A stretch of 20,000 nucleotides of DNA. It comes from an uncultured virus (IMG/VR IMGVR_UViG_3300031660_000001). Taxonomy: Duplodnaviria > Heunggongvirae > Uroviricota > Caudoviricetes > Crassvirales. The stretch lies in the IMG/VR virus record IMGVR_UViG_3300031660_000001. The stretch is one strand, 5' to 3'. A program made the translations under genes and the position numbers. Shown piece by piece: positions 13,649 to 20,000 of this stretch. Position 1 is the first letter of the stretch. Each line of letters starts with the position of its first letter. The notes beneath the pieces were generated by a model. The model did not search any database and was not told the DNA's origin. It worked only from the letters and a program-made list of their open reading frames with translations.

Positions 13649-16309
13649 ATGGCGATAAAATTTCTTAGCGGACAGACTATAACCGGAAGCATAACGGTAT
13701 CCGCCAATGTACAAGCCGCCACATTTAATAGCCTTGCTATAAACACTACAGGTGTAAACAATGTTGCTAATCAAATAGTAAGAACTGAATCTAATGGTTA
13801 TGCAAACTTTGGTTGGATAAACTCAGTATCCGGGAACCATACAGGATCAATCACAAGAATTACAGCAAGTAATGATGCATATTTAAGATATGTAACTCCA
13901 GCTCAATTTAGAACAGGTGTAACAGATGGATTTTATGCACCGTCTAGTACGGTTAGTGGAGTAACGTCTGTAGCTACAGGAAATGGATTGACTGGAGGTG
14001 CGATAATATCGACTGGAACTTTATCAATGTCTGGTTCATATACTGGAAATTATACAAATAATGGGCTAGTTACAATTACCTATACTGGCGATAATCAATT
14101 AATGTTAACCAGTCCAAGCACGTGGTGTGGAATAGGGTTTGATGATAGTCAATCAGTTAACGAATATTTATGGTATAATGGAGCTTATGGAACTTTTGCT
14201 TTGGGGGGTGGAGGTTCAAGTGTAGTTAATAAAAGATTACACGTCGATGGTGGAATGACTGTTGGAACGAATTATGATGCTACAGCGGTGGCATCAAACT
14301 CTTTAAATGTTCAAGGATCAATTACATCAGCGGGAATAATATACGCTTCTGGTGGAAATTCTAATACTTGGAATACTCACACAACTAATACTGGTACTGT
14401 TACTTCAGTGGCCACAGGTACTGGACTGACGGGTGGAACAATAACAACAACAGGAACTTTATCAGTGGATACTAGTGTTGTAAGAGTAGGAATTACAAAT
14501 ACACCGGCAAATACAAAATTTGCTTCATCATCTACTGCTACAGGTTATTCAGTAGCTTCTATTGAATTAAGAGAATCTAATTATTCGGGTGCAGCAGGTA
14601 CACCTCCTTTTCTAGGATTTCATTGGAGTGGAGTTGTTGCTTCAAATATCTCAATAGAATCAAGTGGAAGGATAGCAATTCTAAATAATCCGGGTACTAG
14701 TTATGAAGCTTTTATAGCAGGTACTATAACTGCTGCATCTTCTTTTCAAGGTAATTTAACAGGAAACGTAACAGGAAATGTAACAGGTTCTTCTGGATCA
14801 ACTACAGGCAATGCAGCCACGTCTACAACTTTTAGCACTGGTAGAGGAAATTACAAGGGAGTTACTGATTCAGCAGTTATTGGACAAATGATGTGGAAAA
14901 ACTATGGTAATAACCATACTATTTTTGATGCATCAGCTTCAACCTCACCATCAGGAACTTCTGTAAATAACACTAATTCCGGGACAGCGTGGTCAGCAAC
15001 TTATCCTACTCTTATGGGTTGGAATGGTGCTAATACTTATGGGGTTAGAGTAGATAGTGCAAGAATAGCAGATTCAGCCGCCAATCAAGGGAATTATTTG
15101 CCTTTAGTGGGTGGAAACATGTCTGGAAATATTACTGTAAACTCTGGAATTGGGATGCGATATAGTAGTACACACTGGATTCGTCCTAGAGATGCGGGGG
15201 GAAATATGCATTTATATGCTAGCTCAGGGGGAATATATATTGATTGTGATACTATAAACTTTAGAATGGCTGGCGGTACGCTAGGTGCCACATATGCTAG
15301 TGGAATTATGCAAGCTAATGCATCTATGCGTGCTCCAATATTCTATGATTCAAATAATACCGCTTATTATGGAGATTTTGCTACTACAAGTAACATAAAC
15401 CTACTTCAAACAGCTGGTGCTGTAGTTATAGGAGGTAATTTTTCAAATAATCCATATAATTCTACAACTGGTTCTAGACTTTTATTTGGAGGGGGAGTAT
15501 CTACTAATGAAATAAATTACTATATAGGTACTAACATGGAAAACTATGGTGGTAATTACAATAAATTAGATATTGCATTTCATACAGGTATAAGGATGGG
15601 GGCGAGATCTAGTTATGGTGGAATAAGGTTTTATGAGAATGAACTTTTAGGAACTGAAATTTTTGCTATAGGAAAATCAGGTAATTATGTTCAGGCTGCT
15701 TATAGTTTAAGAGCTCCTATATTTTACGATTCAACTAATACAACTTATTATACTAGACCAGCTACATCAAGTAATATAAATTCTTTATATACTGCTGGGT
15801 TAGTTCAAGTGGGATCAGGTGGGTCAGGTAATCTATACATTGGTAACAGCGGTTCTACACAGAAATTAAGGTTTTCTATAGCTAGTGGAAGTACTTCATA
15901 TTTTGATATGGATGGTGGAGATATTCATTGGAGACAAAATAATGGTGTAAGTACGAGGTATTGGTTCTATATGACTACAGCTAATATGACTATATCTGGA
16001 ACCTTAACGCAATTATCAGATTTAAGGTTAAAGGAAAATATAGTTGAAATAGGTGATTGTATTAGTAAGGTGAAAGCCATGAGAGGTATTTACTATAATA
16101 GAACTGATTTTAATACAGAAGTAACTAAAGTAGGAGTAATTGCACAGGAGGTAGAAAAAGTATTACCTGAGTTAGTTCTTCACAATGAAGAAGGTCAGAA
16201 ATCTGTAGCTTATGCTGAATTATCAGCAGTATTAATAAACGCAATAAAAGAACAACAAGTTATGATAGATGACTTGAAATCAAGATTACAAATATTAGAA
16301 AACAATTAA
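13649..16309 (+). CDS. tail fibre with C-terminal peptidase S74 intramolecular chaperone
   Basis: SDLRLKENI (from 16016), GVIAQEVEKVLPELV, VAYAELSAVLINAIKEQQ plus coiled coil; repeated VTSVATGxGLTGG and RAPIFYDSxNTxYY modules. Confidence 0.9.
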   Translation: MAIKFLSGQTITGSITVSANVQAATFNSLAINTTGVNNVANQIVRTESNGYANFGWINSVSGNHTGSITRITASNDAYLRYVTPAQFRTGVTDGFYAPSSTVSGVTSVATGNGLTGGAIISTGTLSMSGSYTGNYTNNGLVTITYTGDNQLMLTSPSTWCGIGFDDSQSVNEYLWYNGAYGTFALGGGGSSVVNKRLHVDGGMTVGTNYDATAVASNSLNVQGSITSAGIIYASGGNSNTWNTHTTNTGTVTSVATGTGLTGGTITTTGTLSVDTSVVRVGITNTPANTKFASSSTATGYSVASIELRESNYSGAAGTPPFLGFHWSGVVASNISIESSGRIAILNNPGTSYEAFIAGTITAASSFQGNLTGNVTGNVTGSSGSTTGNAATSTTFSTGRGNYKGVTDSAVIGQMMWKNYGNNHTIFDASASTSPSGTSVNNTNSGTAWSATYPTLMGWNGANTYGVRVDSARIADSAANQGNYLPLVGGNMSGNITVNSGIGMRYSSTHWIRPRDAGGNMHLYASSGGIYIDCDTINFRMAGGTLGATYASGIMQANASMRAPIFYDSNNTAYYGDFATTSNINLLQTAGAVVIGGNFSNNPYNSTTGSRLLFGGGVSTNEINYYIGTNMENYGGNYNKLDIAFHTGIRMGARSSYGGIRFYENELLGTEIFAIGKSGNYVQAAYSLRAPIFYDSTNTTYYTRPATSSNINSLYTAGLVQVGSGGSGNLYIGNSGSTQKLRFSIASGSTSYFDMDGGDIHWRQNNGVSTRYWFYMTTANMTISGTLTQLSDLRLKENIVEIGDCISKVKAMRGIYYNRTDFNTEVTKVGVIAQEVEKVLPELVLHNEEGQKSVAYAELSAVLINAIKEQQVMIDDLKSRLQILENN

Positions 16310-16311
16310 TT

Positions 16312-16662
16312 ATGAACATAACTTATACTTGGGCTATAACAGCCATGGAAATGGCCCCATCGTTAGATGGTTTAACTGATGTAGTTACAAACGTAAAATT
16401 TAAATACACAGGAACAGATTCAGACTCTGGGTTTGATGGAGTGTTTGATGGAGCAATACCAGTTGGTACTCCTGATCCTTCTAGCTTTGTCCCTTTAGCA
16501 GATTTAACAGAAGATGAAGTAATTGCTTGGGTTCAATCTATATATCCTATGGATCATCCTAATGAAATGGTATTAGAACAAATCCAAAATAAGATTACTC
16601 CAGTAAATGAAACTGCTCCAATGCCTTGGGCACCTGCTCCTACTCCACCACCAGAAGTTTAA
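16312..16662 (+). CDS. tail-fibre-associated acidic protein (116 aa)
   Basis: ITYTWxI N-terminus, FVPLADLTEDEVIAWV, C-terminal PW; a type commonly seen directly after S74 fibres. Confidence 0.7.
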   Translation: MNITYTWAITAMEMAPSLDGLTDVVTNVKFKYTGTDSDSGFDGVFDGAIPVGTPDPSSFVPLADLTEDEVIAWVQSIYPMDHPNEMVLEQIQNKITPVNETAPMPWAPAPTPPPEV

Positions 16663-16677
16663 TCTTTAATTTAAAAC

Positions 16678-16716
16678 ATGGCGAATCTTTCAAATATAAA
16701 TAACATATTAATTTGA
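16678..16716 (+). pseudogene. possible 5' remnant of a fibre gene (MANLSNINNILI*)
   Basis: Good start context 15 nt after the previous stop; peptide resembles the YLSNINLNNN start of 12101. Confidence 0.45.
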
Positions 16717-16717
16717 C

Positions 16718-16725
16718 TATCTTTG
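16718..16725 (+). promoter_or_regulatory. Bacteroidota-type -7 promoter element (TATCTTTG)
   Basis: TAnnTTTG ending 15 nt before ATG 16741. Confidence 0.55.
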
Positions 16726-16740
16726 CATAAATAGGCGTTT

Positions 16741-18963
16741 ATGGCAATTAAATTTTTAAGTAGCGGAAATATATCAGGAAATCTTGAGGTAAACAAATCA
16801 GCCAATGCGGCTGTAGAAATAGCAAAATTTAAAGTAACTGGCACGGGGGGATCATTTGGCGCATTTTCTTTTGTTTCAATACTCCCTGGCTCTGGTAACT
16901 TTGCAACACAATTAAGACTTCATACTAATAATACAGGTAATGCTTTTCAATCTATAAATAATAATGCAGGGGTTTTAGAGTTAGCTACAAATGATAATAA
17001 CCCACTAGTATTAAAAACAAACTCAACAACAAGGCTAACAATATCAAATGTTGGTGCTGCAACTTTTACAGGCTCAGTAAGTGGAATTACACCTACTGCT
17101 GCTGCTAACTTTGTAACTAAAGCATATGCTGATGGATTAGCACCAGGTGCAGGGGTATTTTTACCCTTAGCTGGTGGAACTCTTACAGGAGCTACGGCAA
17201 CTGCAACTGGTATATCATTTACTGTTGGTGGGTATTTTCAAGTAAATAGTACCACAACATTAGGTGGCGCTGTTACTATAGAAGGTAATCTTTTTATGGA
17301 TGGCTACAATATTACCAGTATTGACGAATTATCAGCTTCAACAGGAACTTTTGCAGGAAATGTAAATATAAGTTCAGCAGGAGATTTATATATAAACTCT
17401 GGAACTTCTTATAATAATAAAGGTTCTATTTTTATGTCTAATCAAAGAACTGAAATAGTTTCTGACATAGTAGATGGAACAGCAAATGGAGATACAAGTT
17501 TAAACTTTAAAACAAGAAGTGGGGGTGCTACAGCTTCTGCTTTGTTTATAGATGAATTTAGAAGAATAGGAATAGGAACGGATTCGCCTGATGGTAAACT
17601 TGATGTTAGTGGAGCTGCTGTATCACAATATATAACTTCTACATCAGGATCACAAGCCACATTATTTATAGGAAGAAGTGTTGATACACAAGCAAAAATT
17701 ACTTCAGGTGATGTTTCTGCAAATGATTTGTGTTTTTATGTAAATAACACCCGTAGATTAGTTATTCAAAATGGTGGCAATGTCGGGATTGGGACGGATT
17801 CGCCTGGTAGTAAACTTACAGTTTCAGGAACAAGCACCGCTGCTTCAAACACACCCTCTCAAGCTATTGTTGATATAGTAGGTACTTCAACTGCCCATTT
17901 ACTTATGGGAACTGCCTCAGTTTCTCCTTATGGTGCGTGGATAAACACAGATTCTACTACCCAGCCACTTATTTTAATGGGTACAGGAGGTAATGTGGGG
18001 ATCGGGACGACTTCGCCTGATGAAATATTACATGTATATAACGCATCCGCTGGAGATGCTTCAGTAAAAATTGAATCAACGTCAGGTGGTGACCCAACTA
18101 TATATCTGACTAGTCAAACAGCAAATAGACAAGGAATAATTAGTTTTCAAGATAATGGAATTAATGCTGGTAGAATCATCTATGAACATGCCACTGATAT
18201 AATGACATTTTACACTGGAGGAACTGGTGCTGCTCATTTAGAATTAACTTTAGAAGAAACCACTGGAGCAATATTTAGAACTAAAATAGGAATTGGATTG
18301 ACTACACCATCAGGAAATTTATCAATGAATAGTCAAATTTATTTAGGTACTAATCCACCATCTACCTATACTACTAATACAACTGCTACACGATACCAAT
18401 CTTTTTTTAATAGTGGTTATGGTGTTACTTCTGATGGATTAGGACCTTACCCAAGATATTTTGATATGGTAGCCACTGGATCTCCTGATGGATTTAATGG
18501 AGGTTCTAATATTAGATTTTTTACAACTGGTATTATTGCTGCTACTGGAGCTGAAGAAAGAATGACGATTACAAGTGCGGGAGATGTTGAAATTAAAAAT
18601 GGTTCTTTTTCAATTGAAAATGGAACAGGTACATCAGAAGCAAGAACACAAACACAAGTAACTAATTCAGTTGGAACTAGTGCTACAACTATTTTAACAG
18701 CTATTTCTGATGGAATGTCAAGTGCTGCTGTTTCTAAAGTTACTGTTTATGGTAATAATAATTCAACTGCAGGATTTTATGATGAGGTTTTGGTTTGTGC
18801 AAATGCTGCAAGAGCACCACAAGTTATAACGGCATTAGAGACATCAACAAATACGGCTCATACAAGAACTTATACTAACTCAGGAAATGTTTTACAATTA
18901 GCAATGGGAGCAACAGGATATAATGTAAATGTAAAATCTGAAGCAATGGGCTATCCTTGGTAA
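16741..18963 (+). CDS. modular tail fibre / receptor-binding protein with GNVGIGTxSP repeats (740 aa), no S74 domain
   Basis: MAIKFLS start shared with 13649; FVTKAYAD and FLPLAGGTLTG fibre motifs; four IGIG/VGIG repeats. Confidence 0.85.
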   Translation: MAIKFLSSGNISGNLEVNKSANAAVEIAKFKVTGTGGSFGAFSFVSILPGSGNFATQLRLHTNNTGNAFQSINNNAGVLELATNDNNPLVLKTNSTTRLTISNVGAATFTGSVSGITPTAAANFVTKAYADGLAPGAGVFLPLAGGTLTGATATATGISFTVGGYFQVNSTTTLGGAVTIEGNLFMDGYNITSIDELSASTGTFAGNVNISSAGDLYINSGTSYNNKGSIFMSNQRTEIVSDIVDGTANGDTSLNFKTRSGGATASALFIDEFRRIGIGTDSPDGKLDVSGAAVSQYITSTSGSQATLFIGRSVDTQAKITSGDVSANDLCFYVNNTRRLVIQNGGNVGIGTDSPGSKLTVSGTSTAASNTPSQAIVDIVGTSTAHLLMGTASVSPYGAWINTDSTTQPLILMGTGGNVGIGTTSPDEILHVYNASAGDASVKIESTSGGDPTIYLTSQTANRQGIISFQDNGINAGRIIYEHATDIMTFYTGGTGAAHLELTLEETTGAIFRTKIGIGLTTPSGNLSMNSQIYLGTNPPSTYTTNTTATRYQSFFNSGYGVTSDGLGPYPRYFDMVATGSPDGFNGGSNIRFFTTGIIAATGAEERMTITSAGDVEIKNGSFSIENGTGTSEARTQTQVTNSVGTSATTILTAISDGMSSAAVSKVTVYGNNNSTAGFYDEVLVCANAARAPQVITALETSTNTAHTRTYTNSGNVLQLAMGATGYNVNVKSEAMGYPW

Positions 18964-18972
18964 AAATAATAT

Positions 18973-19032
18973 ATGGTAATACAAGAACTTAAAGCAGAAA
19001 TAGAGATATTAAAAACTCAAATAAATAATTAA
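18973..19032 (+). pseudogene. 3' remnant of an S74-chaperone coiled coil (MVIQELKAEIEILKTQINN*)
   Basis: Matches the usual S74 ending AIQELKAEIExLK; compare AIKEQQVMIDDLKSRLQILENN* at the end of 13649..16309. Confidence 0.65.
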
Positions 19033-20000
19033 ATGGCAATAATATATTCATATACACTAAGTGCTCCTAAAGTTGAAGATATAATTTTAGGAACTGTAAC
19101 TTACGACGAAAATGCTGATGCTCCTGTATATGGTAATCCAACAGTGAACTTTAGTGTACAAAGTATTATAAATATGGTTGCTGATAATGTAGGTGCTCAA
19201 AACCTACAACAAGTAACTAATATTGGTGCTATAACAACTAATGCTATCACTTTCTCTAATGATATAAGTGTAGCTGGTAAATTCATAGATTCAGCAGGCC
19301 AACCAGGTACTGCAGGGCAAACTCTATCTTCAACTGCTGTAGGAACTAGTTGGATAAATGCAGTTGCAACCGGAGTAACTACTGTAGCAACCACTGATGG
19401 TACTTTTATCGATTTAACTCCTAATGCAGCAACCGCTGGAGCAGTGACCGTTACAGCTGATCTAAGTGCTTCTGGAACAAAAGATGGGACAACTTTTTTA
19501 AGAGGTGATAACCAATGGGCTGTTCCACCTGGAACCGCTTATATTCTCCCAGTTGCCACAGATGGTGCGCTTGGAGGTATTCAAATAGGTTATGTTGAAA
19601 ATGGTAAGAATTACCCAATAGAATTAACCGCAGAAAAAGCATTTGTAAACGTACCTTGGACAGATGTACCATATGTATTACCAGTGGCCACTGTTGCAGA
19701 TCTTGGGGGAGTTAGATTGTTTAATGCGACAGTAAATGATGTAACACCAGAAACAATTGTACCTACAGCCGGAAGAAATTATGCTATAGAATTAAGTACT
19801 GCTGAAAAAATGATAGTTAATGTTCCTTGGGAAGATAATCCTTATTATCAAAATATAACAGGTACAGGAAGTAACAATACAGATTCTGGAGTATTATTAA
19901 GTAATACCGGTGGAACAGTATTAATTATTGGTGATGGAACTGTTATAAATGCCGCTCAAACAGGTAATACAATTACACTAACTGGGATTAATACATGGAT
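19033..20000 (+). CDS. virion fibre/structural protein, partial (runs off the right edge), not in ORF track
   Basis: Reading frame from ATG 19033: MAIIYSYTLSAP...QNLQQVT...FLRGDNQW...; repeated Y(I/V)LPVAT..LGG and VNVPW modules. Confidence 0.85.
   Translation, partial: MAIIYSYTLSAPKVEDIILGTVTYDENADAPVYGNPTVNFSVQSIINMVADNVGAQNLQQVTNIGAITTNAITFSNDISVAGKFIDSAGQPGTAGQTLSSTAVGTSWINAVATGVTTVATTDGTFIDLTPNAATAGAVTVTADLSASGTKDGTTFLRGDNQWAVPPGTAYILPVATDGALGGIQIGYVENGKNYPIELTAEKAFVNVPWTDVPYVLPVATVADLGGVRLFNATVNDVTPETIVPTAGRNYAIELSTAEKMIVNVPWEDNPYYQNITGTGSNNTDSGVLLSNTGGTVLIIGDGTVINAAQTGNTITLTGINTW

Noticed and set aside
13649..18963. Diversity-generating retroelement or invertase shufflon acting on the fibres
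   Set aside because: No reverse transcriptase or recombinase in the window, no TR/VR pair differing at adenines, and no inverted fibre cassettes; cannot be excluded elsewhere in the genome.
16678..19032. Stop-codon read-through or recoding joining the scars to the 740-aa fibre
   Set aside because: Although in frame, it would need TGA, TAG and two TAA stops to be read through, and all three stop codons end normal genes in this window.
15094..19672. Minus-strand ORFs 15094..15291, 17442..17660, 19197..19394, 19451..19672
   Set aside because: Lie opposite long fibre genes; no independent support.

Overview
A 20 kb piece of an AT-rich tailed dsDNA phage genome. The host is probably Bacteroidota (Flavobacteriia-like), inferred from repeated TAnnTTTG -7 promoter boxes and the lack of Shine-Dalgarno sites. 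From left to right: (i) 1-3081, a very AT-rich minus-strand block of small hypothetical, probably early, genes; (ii) about 3090-4227, a divergent strand-switch region with a purine tract, a 49-nt alternating purine/pyrimidine tract, one small standalone gene with its own terminator, and an origin-like array of TGTCGA repeats and palindromes; (iii) a phage chaperonin module (groEL, small ORF, groES) facing a convergent winged-helix-like gene; (iv) about ten tiny, mostly Lys/Arg-rich proteins, including an unannotated 27-aa CDGSH iron-sulfur mini-protein; (v) a lysis cassette (small membrane protein, M15 peptidase endolysin, TM/coiled-coil protein, lipoprotein, 3TM-holin-like protein); (vi) a run of virion tail/fibre genes, one with a peptidase S74 chaperone and one that appears to have replaced an older fibre gene whose start and end survive as scars. 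No tRNA, rRNA, CRISPR array or integrase was seen. All calls come from reading motifs by eye; no database searches were run.
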